From contig CM106586.1 of NCBI GenBank assembly GCA_048013815.1, positions 6,820,001 to 6,884,000 on the forward strand: DNA of 64,000 nucleotides, read 5' to 3'. The position numbers and the translations under genes were made by a program. The notes beneath the pieces were generated by a model. It was not told the DNA's origin and searched no databases. It was given only the letters and a program-made list of their open reading frames with translations. The DNA comes from Setoptus koraiensis (Eukaryota; Animalia; Arthropoda). Of the stretch, positions 11,389 through 22,356 are shown one piece after another. The first letter of the stretch is position 1. Each line of letters starts with the position of its first letter.

Positions 11389-12825
11389 TCAGCCAGTATA
11401 GTCACAAACATCAAATAAGGACTGGTCATAGATATCAGCGATGACTTTTCTTCCTCCAAAGAATCTTCCATCTAAGGAATCTTTCGCTTTCTTTGCTGAT
11501 GACGATTCTAAAAATTCAACGAATATTTTCACATCTTCTAAATCGATGTATATCACCACTGAGACCAATTGTCCATATTGGCCGCACTCGTCGCTTACAT
11601 CTCTTTTGAGATCATCATCAACATCCTTGATAGAGACCATATTTTTTAGAACGCACACTCTTGATTCGTATCTCCTCAACATACGCATCAACAATATGTT
11701 TGCATCGGACGGTGAAGAGGCCCTGGGGCTCGGCGTGAGAACAGCATTGGATTCATCAGAGGGCGGAATCGGTTGTGGTTGTAAAATTGGCTGTGGCGTC
11801 GTCTGTGACGTAGGTAGCTGAGCTTGCGATAGAGGGGGTAACTGTTGTTGTTCTTGTTGTTGTGACGGTGTAGGCGAGACAGATCCACCCGGTGGCATCG
11901 AAACTGACCCAGCAACGGGACTCGTCGATAATACTCGACTAAATCCGTTTGAGGCTAGATTACTCGGCGACATTGCGCCGACTGGTAGCATAGAAGCTGA
12001 TGATGGCGTGGTTACAGGATTGGCTATGGTGCCCGTACTACTTAGATTCTCTGGCGGAGTGGTGGCTCGGCCAACTTTGAGTGATTGGCCACCTAGGTCA
12101 AAATTTTGCATTGCTGTGACAGCATCATTAACAGATTGCTCATTCTCATACTCGATAAATCCGTATCCTCTATGTTGACTAGCCGTACCCGATTGTGCTA
12201 GCTTGCATGACTTGATGGTGCCGAATGCCCCAAAAACGGTTTGGACATCCTGTTCTGAGAGATCTTGACGAATAGAAGCAACATAAACCCTATTGTGATC
12301 TTTTGCTTCCTCTGTGATTTGTTGTATTATTGGAGCAGCCTGAGGCATATTGGAGGGTCTGCCCACTTTGATATTCCTTCCGCCCAACATCACACCATTC
12401 ATCAGGTCTAGTGCTAATTGAGCGGCTTCGGGGAGTTCATATTCGACAAAGGCAAATCCTTTGTGTTTCTGAGTAACAGGATCCCAGGACATATTAATTG
12501 ATTTTATTGGACCGAATGTTATAAAGGCCTGTCTAATTGTGTCCTCTTTCAATTCAAAACTAATACTTCCAACATAAACACGACACATGAGCACGAGAGC
12601 TTGGTGCCTTTGCAGAGATTTCTGTTGTTGTTGTTGATGGGCTAGAGATTGCTTTGTTAAAACACTCTTTATACTTTGTTCCATTGCATATTTTTTGGCC
12701 TTATTAACCATCTCTTGTTGCTCAGAGGACAAACTCACAAGTCCGGCTTGTATTGCCGATGCCTTCAGGGCACCGGGTCCCGGAATAAGGACTCCAGTTT
12801 GAGCTGCAGTGCTTACTTTTGCCAT
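11389..12825 (-). CDS. PUF60: Poly(U)-binding splicing factor PUF60 / half-pint, 478 aa, single exon
   Basis: RRM1 CRVYVGSISFELKEDTIRQAF...KHKGFAFVEY, RRM2 RVYVASI...HRGYGFIEY...FDLGGQSLKVGRA, and a C-terminal UHM with GRFFGGR. Confidence 0.96.
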   Translation of the reverse strand: MAKVSTAAQTGVLIPGPGALKASAIQAGLVSLSSEQQEMVNKAKKYAMEQSIKSVLTKQSLAHQQQQQKSLQRHQALVLMCRVYVGSISFELKEDTIRQAFITFGPIKSINMSWDPVTQKHKGFAFVEYELPEAAQLALDLMNGVMLGGRNIKVGRPSNMPQAAPIIQQITEEAKDHNRVYVASIRQDLSEQDVQTVFGAFGTIKSCKLAQSGTASQHRGYGFIEYENEQSVNDAVTAMQNFDLGGQSLKVGRATTPPENLSSTGTIANPVTTPSSASMLPVGAMSPSNLASNGFSRVLSTSPVAGSVSMPPGGSVSPTPSQQQEQQQLPPLSQAQLPTSQTTPQPILQPQPIPPSDESNAVLTPSPRASSPSDANILLMRMLRRYESRVCVLKNMVSIKDVDDDLKRDVSDECGQYGQLVSVVIYIDLEDVKIFVEFLESSSAKKAKDSLDGRFFGGRKVIADIYDQSLFDVCDYTG

Positions 12826-13251
12826 GGTTATTCCTTGGAAACCATTAAATTAATTAGTCGATGGCTAAGAAAAGTGTAAATTTTAGCAAATAAAAGCCAA
12901 GTTTCGCAAGTTCCCCCAATGAGTTACTGTTGATACAAACTTAACTGTACGATTGTTCGCCACATTTTGACATTAGCACACACATGTATGTTTTTTTTTG
13001 CGCGAAGTTTAAAAATCGAAAAATTCAGGTTTTTTAATCACTAGTTGGAATATACGGTATAAATCAACACACGTGTGCACATGGATTCTATTCTTCGAGC
13101 CGATTGTGAGTCCCAGAACCTTTTTAGATATTCAAGATAAATTTAGTTGGTTTTATTAGATATATCAAGTCACTGGCATCTATCATTTAGATTGAACATA
13201 TTATCAGGCAATAGTCAATAGCGAAAAACTCACATTTCCCCCGTAGTGACC
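12826..13251. promoter_or_regulatory. Divergent (head-to-head) promoter region of PUF60 and NPEPPS
   Basis: 426 bp AT-rich interval between two divergent start codons. Assigned from position only. Confidence 0.6.
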
Positions 13252-15879
13252 ATGGTTGTGCCCGTGATTTATGATGACAGTGTTTTCACCGACGTTCGTC
13301 TACCAAGTAGCTGTACTCCCCATAAATATAATGTCACTCTTGAGCCAGATCTGGAAGCCTTTACCTTCAAGGGCCATGTTAGCATCGAGGTGACAATCAA
13401 CGAACCAAATGTGGATAGGATTGTTCTGCATGCATTAGAGCTCAATTTGACTGATGTCTCCTTTGTACCTGATGTAGCCGGTGACGGAATGAGCTCAATC
13501 AAACAGGTGATAATATGCAAAAAATCAGAGACCGCAGTCCTGGCATTCGACAAACCAATTAAAAAAGGCCCAGGTAAATTGGCTATCACATTCAATGGAA
13601 CGCTCAACGATAAAAATAAAGGATTCTATCGAAGCAAATATCCAGCTGGGACCGGTCAGCACAAATATGCGGCCGTATCCAAATTTGAGCCCACATTTGC
13701 CCGATATGCTCTGCCTTGTTGGGATGAGCCAGCTATAAAGGCTAAATTTGATGTGACTCTTATTGTCAGCCCAGATAGAGTGGCCCTGTCCAATATGGAT
13801 GTCATCGAGGACACTGTTCATCCTGATGGGAAAAAAGTCGTCAAGTTTAGAACGTCGCCCATAATGTCTACCTACCTCCTAGCTTTTGTGGTGGGCGAAT
13901 TCGACTTCGTTGAGGGATTCAGCAAAGCTAGACCAGTGAGAGTTTTTACGCCCTTAGGAATGAAGCAACAGGGCCTGTTCAGTTTGGATGTTGCTATTAA
14001 ATCGTTGGATTTCTTTGAAAAATATTTTGCTATAGAATATCCACTACCGAAACTAGATTTGATAGCCATAGCAGATTTTGCATCGGGAGCTATGGAGAAT
14101 TGGGGTATTATCACCTTTAGAGAGACACGTCTTCTTGCCGACTCTAATGATACGTCTACAAGTGCAAAACAAGAAATCGCATTGACTGTTGCTCACGAGA
14201 TCGCCCATCAATGGTTCGGCAATTTAGTCACTATGGAATGGTGGACTCATTTATGGCTCAACGAAGGATTTGCGTCATTCATGGAATACCTGTGTGTTGA
14301 TAGTATTTTTCCTGATTATGACATTTGGGCACAGTTTGTTACCGACTCATTCGCCAGAGCCTTGGAATTGGATGCGTTGCATAGCAGTCATCCGATTGAA
14401 GTGCCTGTCAATCATCCATCGGAACTTTACGAAATCTTTGACGCTATATCGTATTCCAAGGGTGCCTCAGTTATTAAAATGTTGCACAGTTACATTACTG
14501 ACGAGCACTTCAAAGAGGGCCTAAGGTCTTATCTAACAAAATTCGCCTACAAGAACGCCACTACTGAGCATTTATGGGAGGCCTTACAGGCTGCCAGTAA
14601 TAAGCCAGTTTGTGAGGTCATGGCACAATGGACAAAACAGAAAGGATTTCCATGGTTGGCCGTCGGCCGCAAAACTGAGGGAAAATCTGCCTCTTTGACC
14701 ATCACTCAGAAAAAATTTGCCTCTAACGGGGAACTAGCACCAGATGAAGTCAATATAAAATGGGTTATTCCCGTCACGGTTGCCACAGGAGCAACACCAA
14801 ACCAAGTAGCCAAACAGTTTTTGTTGAGGGAATCAAGCGAACAGTTTATGTTGGACGACATCGGCAGTAATTGGATAAAATTCAATCCAGGCGCAGTTGG
14901 ATTCTACCGAACTGCATACCCGGAAGATATGATCAAAGAACTATTGCCTGCAATATCGAGCAAAACTTTACCTCCATTAGATCGATTTAACATACTCAAT
15001 GACTATTTCGCTCTATGTCAGGCGGGAAATGTATCTACGGTTGCACTACTCCAGTTGATCGAGGCATTCTCTGGCGAAGACGACTACACTGTCTGGTCGT
15101 CTATTGATCAGTGCTTGGGTGTACTGGACAAACTTCTGTCTTACACCGATTTCCAGCAATTGTTTCATAGCTTCGGTCGTAAGTTATACAATACTATCCT
15201 GAGCAAATTAACCTGGTCCCCTTCACCTGGTGAGAAACATACAAATACTTTGATAAGGGCTCTTGCCATAAATAGGCTCATTTTGTTTGATGATAAAGCG
15301 GTCGTGGCAGAGGCCAAGAGGCGATATCAGGCACACGTTGACAAGACTTCAGTGATACCAGCCGACATTAGGGGTGCTGTATACAAAGTAGCCGCTAATG
15401 GCGATGACGCAATGTTTGAATCTTTATTCACAATCTATAGAAAATCGGACCTGCAGGAGGAGAAAGAGCGGGCTGCTATTGCCCTTGGAACAACTCGCGA
15501 CAAGATTCGTATCGGTAAAGTGCTAGATCTCGCCATGTCTGACGAAGTGAGAAATCAAGATAAACTCTATGTCATTATATATGTGGCCAGGACGGCGCCA
15601 GGTCGTGAATTGGTTTGGAATCTCCTGAGAGATCGTAGTGGTGATTTCCGAAAACTTTACGAGAATAGTTCACAAATGGCAATATTAATCAAGAATGTCA
15701 CCAAGGATTTCGCTAGTGAGGAGAAAGCTTTGGAGATATCCAAGTATTTCCAAGAGAATAAATTCGCAGGCACAGAGCGCAATGTCCAGCAATCGATAGA
15801 AACTATAAGACAGAACACGAATTGGTTGAAGCGTGATAGCGCCTCTGTCAAGACTTTTCTTTCAAGCTTGCCACAATGA
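13252..15879 (+). CDS. NPEPPS: Puromycin-sensitive aminopeptidase (M1 family), ~875 aa, single exon
   Basis: GAMEN exopeptidase motif, HEIAH-x18-E zinc motif (HEIAHQWFGNLVTMEWWTHLWLNEG), catalytic Tyr in FDAISYSKG, and an ERAP1-like C-terminus. The ORF track starts at GTG 13246; the first ATG is at 13252. Confidence 0.96.
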   Translation: MVVPVIYDDSVFTDVRLPSSCTPHKYNVTLEPDLEAFTFKGHVSIEVTINEPNVDRIVLHALELNLTDVSFVPDVAGDGMSSIKQVIICKKSETAVLAFDKPIKKGPGKLAITFNGTLNDKNKGFYRSKYPAGTGQHKYAAVSKFEPTFARYALPCWDEPAIKAKFDVTLIVSPDRVALSNMDVIEDTVHPDGKKVVKFRTSPIMSTYLLAFVVGEFDFVEGFSKARPVRVFTPLGMKQQGLFSLDVAIKSLDFFEKYFAIEYPLPKLDLIAIADFASGAMENWGIITFRETRLLADSNDTSTSAKQEIALTVAHEIAHQWFGNLVTMEWWTHLWLNEGFASFMEYLCVDSIFPDYDIWAQFVTDSFARALELDALHSSHPIEVPVNHPSELYEIFDAISYSKGASVIKMLHSYITDEHFKEGLRSYLTKFAYKNATTEHLWEALQAASNKPVCEVMAQWTKQKGFPWLAVGRKTEGKSASLTITQKKFASNGELAPDEVNIKWVIPVTVATGATPNQVAKQFLLRESSEQFMLDDIGSNWIKFNPGAVGFYRTAYPEDMIKELLPAISSKTLPPLDRFNILNDYFALCQAGNVSTVALLQLIEAFSGEDDYTVWSSIDQCLGVLDKLLSYTDFQQLFHSFGRKLYNTILSKLTWSPSPGEKHTNTLIRALAINRLILFDDKAVVAEAKRRYQAHVDKTSVIPADIRGAVYKVAANGDDAMFESLFTIYRKSDLQEEKERAAIALGTTRDKIRIGKVLDLAMSDEVRNQDKLYVIIYVARTAPGRELVWNLLRDRSGDFRKLYENSSQMAILIKNVTKDFASEEKALEISKYFQENKFAGTERNVQQSIETIRQNTNWLKRDSASVKTFLSSLPQ

Positions 15880-16343
15880 GCAATCTGAAAAAAATCGCCC
15901 CTCTACACACACGTTATTCAATCCGCTCCTCGTGATCAATCCGATATACAAATAGATTTTCATTACAAATAATACATGTTAATCTCTCAGTCAGCGGACT
16001 GAGACAGAGAGATCTTAGATTGGGTCTGGCACGTATCTGCTTTTGCTCTTCTTTCTGCTCCATATTGAAGCATCCTCCATGGGATAAACCTGCTGAGGAT
16101 TGACTTTCTTTGGCTCTCTAATCCCTCTGACATAAGAGCCATTTAGGATGGAGAAACCTATGAAGAGGTGAAAAAAAAGAGTGTAAAATCGGTCATCCTC
16201 AAGCAATTGACTCGACAATTATTATCCTAACTGATTTAGTATTATAGGTATCTATAATTCTTCTGGTCACAAATTGTGTCAAGGAAATTCCAAAGTGGCT
16301 CGTCCTCAAAAAGTTTAGAAAGTTTCCACTCTTTCTTTGGTAT

Positions 16344-16349
16344 TTTATT
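16344..16349 (-). terminator. AATAAA polyadenylation signal candidate for the SAC3D1-like gene
   Basis: TTTATT on + strand, about 40 nt after the stop. Confidence 0.45.
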
Positions 16350-16389
16350 ATAGAGCGTAAATTACATAAATATTTGAGATAAAAACATG

Positions 16390-17637
16390 CTAAGTAGAGT
16401 TCGTAAAATTTTTGTCGTCATGTGGCCATAACAATTTTTTCATGCCTTGTCTATCAACTGCATCTTTAAATATTGACCAGTTATATGAAAAATGAATCTG
16501 TTCCGATAAAGGATTTATTTCTGCCGGCCTATTAGTGGAGCTCGGTTCGGGCGGATTGAACACTACCAAGTCCCCTTGGTATTTGTACAATTGGAATTGC
16601 TTTGCTATATATCGTGTGAAGTCGTGCCTAGCTCTTCGGTCTCTCTCCAAACATTCAGGGCAGATAATATCCGCCAGTTTAGCTACTTGGCATGTTTGTT
16701 TGTTCGCCGCTTTTCTGAGCATCTTGACTAGACGAACTTGAATCTGGGATATTAGAGGTGCAAAGGCCAATATAATAATTGGATCCTCGGATAACTCAGA
16801 CAAAAGTCTGAAGGATCGTGTGAAATTATTAACGTGATACTCGTTAATAATCTTGTGAACTTTTCGAATTCTTTCATCGTGATTTCTTAGATCCTCTGGT
16901 ATAGCGAAATAGTCTGCCGTACAAACAAAACCATTCGTAAATGAGATGTGCCTTATGAGATTCACGCATTCGAAGGTGGCTCGAACTGCATCGCAGCGTC
17001 GATCATCATTATAATAACCTATGAGGGATTTGAGACAATCCTTGAGACATTGGTCATTGAGTTTGATTTCGTTCATAATATTGAGTTCTTTATGAGCAAA
17101 CATCGCATACTCTTTACGAGAGCCATCTTTTCCTTTGTAGTCGGAATGTTTCAGTAGTGTGTTATTCAATCTGTAAGAGGAATAAACCAAAAATCGGCAC
17201 GTAGACTCAAGCAATAGGATGGCAGTGGGTCCAGTTATCCTTTGAATGACCATGTCCTGTCTAACGGAATATAGTCTATTGTAAACAAAATCACATATGT
17301 CCAGCCAATCATCATCTAATGTACAAATGTTTGTAAGCAAATGGTGGGCAGTTCTCTCGAGTACATGCGCCGGTCTTAGCTGTTCTGGCCTTTGCGTTTC
17401 ATTGCCCACACAAGATCTTACGAATTCCTTGACCACTAAATTAAAATCTGCTTTTGGTGGATAGACTCCTTTTTGCGTCTCGAATTTAGATAAGCGGTTT
17501 TGTTGTTCTCTTTCCTGAATCTCAAATGTGTAGGCCATCTTCTCACACAGGCCCACGGGTATATCCCTCCAAGGGTCGTCTGGATCCACTCGAAAACCCG
17601 AGTGAGACCCGTTACTGGCATTGCCGTTTGTTGACAT
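16390..17637 (-). CDS. SAC3D1: SAC3/GANP-domain protein (SAC3D1-like), 415 aa, single exon
   Basis: VKEFVRS...LRPAHVLERTAHHLL and DFVYNRLYSVRQDMVIQ resemble the SAC3/GANP core. Short length fits SAC3D1 rather than full-length GANP. Confidence 0.8.
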   Translation of the reverse strand: MSTNGNASNGSHSGFRVDPDDPWRDIPVGLCEKMAYTFEIQEREQQNRLSKFETQKGVYPPKADFNLVVKEFVRSCVGNETQRPEQLRPAHVLERTAHHLLTNICTLDDDWLDICDFVYNRLYSVRQDMVIQRITGPTAILLLESTCRFLVYSSYRLNNTLLKHSDYKGKDGSRKEYAMFAHKELNIMNEIKLNDQCLKDCLKSLIGYYNDDRRCDAVRATFECVNLIRHISFTNGFVCTADYFAIPEDLRNHDERIRKVHKIINEYHVNNFTRSFRLLSELSEDPIIILAFAPLISQIQVRLVKMLRKAANKQTCQVAKLADIICPECLERDRRARHDFTRYIAKQFQLYKYQGDLVVFNPPEPSSTNRPAEINPLSEQIHFSYNWSIFKDAVDRQGMKKLLWPHDDKNFTNST

Positions 17638-18106
17638 GTTGTCGATTGATTAAATATATAGATGATTGGTTAAGATAAATTCATTCAGGAGAAAGTGTTG
17701 ATAAATAAATAAAATGCTTTTAGGTTAGAAGTAGGAACGATTGTGACAGTCTTGGCTACGATTGGCCCAATCATGGCTTAAGATCGCATGATTCGAGCTC
17801 AGGATCATGCGATCCTCAATAACGTGGTATGATTGTTTTGACCGCGAGATTTAAACGTAATTCTGTTTAGAAGCCATTCAATATTCCTCAACTGTTCTCG
17901 AAAGAACCTCTCCTCTAGAATCAATTCAAAATATATTCTTGTTCGGAAAAAAATAGTTTTTTTTTAGTTTTGTTTGAATCTGTCATGAATGACTGTTGCA
18001 CTATTCAACAGCGTTTACATAATCTCACAGAGAAATCTAGCTTAATTGTAATGGCACTATTTCAGGTGAGACAAGTCTCGCGAGTGAACGCTCGAGAATA
18101 GTGGTC

Positions 18107-18112
18107 TTTATT
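18107..18112 (-). terminator. AATAAA polyadenylation signal candidate for Slo2
   Basis: TTTATT on + strand, about 28 nt after the Slo2 stop. Confidence 0.4.
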
Positions 18113-18139
18113 AGAGAATCAAGTAACACAATAATCAGT

Positions 18140-18899
18140 CTATCTAGAGGAACTAGAGGAGCGTCTCAGGTTAGACATGTCGCCGGCGCTATCTGATTGC
18201 TGTAGAATGTTGGTTCCTGACGTTGTTGTTTCTGTCATGTCTATGAGATTTGCTTCGCGCAATTTGATCGGTTGATTGGCTCCCGTCGTTGATAACTCAT
18301 TGAATTGTGGTTTGCCTCCAGAATTGTTGCTAACGAAAGATGAAGATTGTTTATTTTTGTTGTTGATGAAATCGTTTGTTGATTCGTCTTGCTTGGCCGA
18401 ATCGGTGTTGATGGACGCGCTCGTGTCATTCGTGTGTCCATTAATTGTTCCATCTTCTACCTTAATCAATATTTGCACACTATCTGTTCTGGCCGCTAGA
18501 TTATCGTTTCTATTTCTATTATTGTTGTTGTTGTTGCTGCTATTTCTGCTGTTGTTTTTATTGCTGCTCGTTGTTTTCACATTTGATTTGAGGTCACCAT
18601 CTGAGGCGCAAGCCTTTATCGATGACGTGGTAGCCGACTTGATGCTGTTACTGTTGCTATTGGACAGGTAATTAGTGTCTTGACCTCGTTGTCTGACAGT
18701 GTTTGGCGGGTGCGACTTGGCCACAGTGGCCACCGGATGTTGATCATTGTCACCTCTGCCAATTGGTACGTTATTTGTTGTTTTATCACTTTGACAATTG
18801 ACTGATTTTGACTGGTTATTGTTGATGTCGTGCCTAACTGAATTGGCTCTATGCATGAACAACTTCCTGCTGTGTATGGGACTGGGCCGGATGAGGTAT
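18140..18899 (-). CDS. Slo2: Slo2 exon 14 (YLIRPSP + Asn/Ser-rich tail, stop)
   Basis: Acceptor catcacag|A TAC CTC ATC CGG CCC AGT; TAG at 18142-18140. Confidence 0.88.
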
Positions 18900-19020
18900 C
18901 TGTGATGTATGTACGTTGATAATTGATTTATAATCAGAGCCATAAAAATCAGGTTAGTCTACTAGATGGAAATGAGACAATCGTATCGTCATAATCAGAT
19001 GCAGGAGTCATGTCGCTTAC

Positions 19021-19108
19021 ATTATGTCGCCCTCTCTTAGTTGAATATCACAATTTGGATTGATTATCACGTAAGAAAATGTATTGTTCCTGTGGCCAGA
19101 CGAATCAT
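19021..19108 (-). CDS. Slo2: Slo2 exon 13 (DSSGHRNNTFSYVIINPNCDIQLREGDI)
   Basis: attacag| ... |gtaagc; SYVIINP...L.EGDI is the conserved KCNT C-terminal motif. Confidence 0.92.
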
Positions 19109-19201
19109 CTGTAATAGAGACACAGATAAATACACAGTCAATATTGTCATTGGCATATTATGCACGCAGGTATCATAGTGCAACTATCGTTCACTACTTA
19201 C

Positions 19202-19331
19202 CATAATCGGAAACGGGCATGCCCAAGTCCTGGAGGCGATTCTTCACTAAATTGGTTATCTCTTGTCGCTCCAATTCCTCTGTCGCGTGCTCGTAGCTCG
19301 CTTGTTGGCTGGCAAACATGGTCAGTGTCAT
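19202..19331 (-). CDS. Slo2: Slo2 exon 12 (ELERQEITNLVKNRLQDLGMPVSDY)
   Basis: cgcctcag| ... G|gtaagt; phases fit both neighbours. Confidence 0.85.
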
Positions 19332-19494
19332 CTGAGGCGAGTTTATGTATCGCGTGATGATATCGTGGGGCCGAAATGAGTGAAAAAACATATGACACAA
19401 TGTTACAAAACAATTTCGGGCATAATTATCTCGCAGCGATGCTTGATAAGCTAATCTGCGTCATTGTTGTTATTACTATTATTATAATACTCAC

Positions 19495-20134
19495 CGGTTC
19501 GTTGCAGGACTTTTGCGCCTCCAGCGGCTCTGTTCTGTATATGCCAATGGGGATCTCGCAAGTGGTGGAGCAGAGCCGCTGATAGAGGCGCCCGTATGTG
19601 CGTATCCAGAGATCTTCGCGAGTAATTCGCATCGACGATAAAAAGCCCGAACCTGGCGCCTGGTCGATGCCCAACAATAATCGCACCATTGTTATCATGT
19701 AATCCTTGACAAATGCCTGGTAAAGCAGTGTGTCCAACATGGAGGCCGAAAACACGTTGCCCGCTGCAAATGGAAGCCGAAATTTGTAAGCGTGCGAATT
19801 GTATTCTTTGCCAATGTTCTTTTTGTAATATTTCGACTGAAGTTTGCGTTGCGAACTGTTCCTATTGTAATTCTGGTATTTCATTGAATTATAATTAGTC
19901 ATACTGGCGCCATAAATAACATCGTGCGCCCTGAACTGCATGAAGCGCATATTAGATGATTGCGATAATTCCGTTATAATGCCCACACTGGGAAACAATT
20001 TGAACATTGTTTGCACGGCTACTATTGTGTTGCAATCAGCTAGATAATCTTCTTCTGCCGAATTAGTCGATTCCTTGTTAGTAACTACAACGGAATGCGC
20101 CAAATTAATGCCTGCCTTAATAAGATCGTCCAAG
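19495..20134 (-). CDS. Slo2: Slo2 exon 11 (RCK2: LDDLIKAGI ... FRLPFAAG ... [10 protein letters not shown])
   Basis: gcgtag|C TTG GAC; CCG|gtgagt; strongly conserved KCNT sequence. Confidence 0.95.
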
Positions 20135-20303
20135 CTACGCCAAGCGAGCAAGTTTGTTGTTCATGGGCATGTTGCATTGTTGCAGAAGGTGGCCAGTTAA
20201 TTAGAGGGGGCGAGAGAGAGAGAGAGAGCCAATTAGATCGGCTGATAGGCAGTGGGAGCAAACGGTGGAGCAATGGCTTGGTGGCCAGGATAACGAGACT
20301 CAC

Positions 20304-20654
20304 TTATCTATGAGGCCGGGCATCCAGTAGACCATTGGAAACCAGCTAATAGCATCTATAAATTGGGGCGCCGGCTTGCGTTCCAGCAGCAGAACGATGG
20401 GCCTGAGTGATTGCGGGTTGTGGAAGTGGGCGCGCAACGGCACCAAGAAGTTGTATATGCCGTTGCTGGCGAAGTCGGCCACCAATATTATGCACCTATT
20501 AGACCAATTGTATTGCCGGGCATTCTTATATGGGCAGTGTTCGCAGGCGGATATCAACTGCAAACAACAGGGCGGCTTCTTCTTTTGCAGCAGATAGCAC
20601 AAGGTCGGACTGACGCCCACGTAGGTGGTGCAAGGCGGAAATCCCTTCACGATA
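20304..20654 (-). CDS. Slo2: Slo2 exon 10 (IVKGFPP...SPTLCYLL ... WFPMVYWMPGLID)
   Basis: gcggccag|T ATC; GAT AA|gtgagt. Confidence 0.95.
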
Positions 20655-20832
20655 CTGGCCGCGCAGATGCCAAGACGTTGCATAATAACATAATAACGAC
20701 AAAATAATTAGTTATTGAGTCACACTGACACAAACACAAACTAATGATAAAACAATAAAACAAAAATAATAAAATAGAAGGGGCGCCCAATTGGGCAAGA
20801 CAATTGCAGCTAATTGGATCGAATCAACTTAC

Positions 20833-21757
20833 GCCGAGCTCTCGCTGGCCGAGTGCCACGAGGTGGAGAAATATGACTCTTGTTCGCGCTCATGGTCGCT
20901 GTCGTGCTCCTCCGATTCGCCCATCATGGCCGGAACGGGCGCTATACTGGGCCGACGGCCGCGCGCATTCACAAACGACTCCGTGCTGGAGGTGGCCGAC
21001 GACGGGGCCCCATAGTCCAGTTTTGGTATGGTCAAATGAGTGAGCGATTTGCCCAGTTTGACCCGTTTCATTTTGACCGCCAAACCGGAAACCACTTGCT
21101 TCAGGCGGGTGGGCGAAACGTCGCGCGATTTTGTCGATGTTATGCTGATATTGCTGCCCTTTCTCAGGCCGCCCGCCAGCGTGGCCAGCTCCAGCGTGCT
21201 CGAATTTCGCGCCGAACTGCCACCCAGGCCCCCCTTGCCTTGGACGTGTTGCTGGTGCATTGCGGCCGCAATATTTTGCAGCTCGCTCCTACGATGCTGC
21301 TTATTTTTGTACTGTTCGGCGCCACCGCCCCCGCCGGCGGCGGCTCCCCAATCGGTGGGCAAATTCATCGAGTTGCGCTTCATGAATGCGCCAGAACCGG
21401 AAGTGCCGCCGCCAACCGCCGACCTGTTGTTGTCTGTTGTGAGTTCGCTGTTGTTGGCATTTTTTGTTGTTGCGGGTTCGTGGGGGCGCTGTTGCCAGCT
21501 TGCGGAACGCTGCCGGTTGTCGGGCGCGTCGTCAGCCGCGGCCGGTGCCGTCAGATCGGGCATTGTCGGCGACGACGACTCAATTCGTATGATGGCCATC
21601 GGCTGAGCAACACTGGCCACGGGCGGCGACAGAACGGGCACAATGGCCGCCTGGTTGGACTGTTGCATAAGCATCATCTTTTGCTCTATTGTGTCGCTTG
21701 CGGTATCTCCGCCGTTGGCCTGTTGCAATTTGGCAATTTCGCCGGCGTCTTGCTGCT

Positions 21758-21792
<35 letters not shown>

Positions 21793-22345
21793 ATCATGGG
21801 CATTAGGGCAGAGTTTTCCTCTTTTGTAATGTTGATGTAGAAGAGCACATCGGCCGATTTGAGCACGTACGAGGGGCCCGGATTGAGCATTATGGGCCAG
21901 GTTCCGCGCATATCCGTTTGCACGCCTATGAGGGCCACACCGAATTTTCTGTGCGAATGAAACGAGGCATAAGTGAACGATTTGCCCTGATATTCGCCAA
22001 AGAATCGCGAATCTGACAGCCGGATGTGATAGATTTCGTTGGCGGAACACTTGCCGTACAGGCGCTTCCATTCGCCCTGATTGTCCAGATCCAGTTGGAG
22101 CTGTTGCTGATTGGCGCCACTGATGGCGCTCTCTCGTCTGAGTTTGTTGCGAAATAGGCCGCCCTGGCCCAGACCGAAGGCGCCGTGGCCGCCGTTGGCC
22201 TCCAGTCCGTCCTGCAGATCGTTGCCCTGGATGCGGCGCGTCTGCTGGTCTACCTGTCCGCGCGAGGTGTGCAGCAGCAGGGTGACCAGCGTCGAGGTTC
22301 CGGGGCACAGGCAGTTGTTGGCCAGCAGCGCGTACTTGAACTCGT
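20833..22345 (-). CDS. Slo2: Slo2 exon 9 (EFKYALLANNCLCPG ... polyQ/low-complexity RCK1-RCK2 linker ... RRPSIAPV)
   Basis: acaccag|AC GAG TTC; TCG GC|gtaagt; conserved blocks EWKRLYGKCSANEIYHI and GKSFTYASFHSHRKFGVALIGV. Confidence 0.93.
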
Positions 22346-22356
22346 CTGGTGTTTGA

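Noticed and set aside
13246-13251. GTG start of the aminopeptidase ORF given in the ORF track
   Set aside because: An in-frame ATG two codons later (13252) is the expected eukaryotic start.
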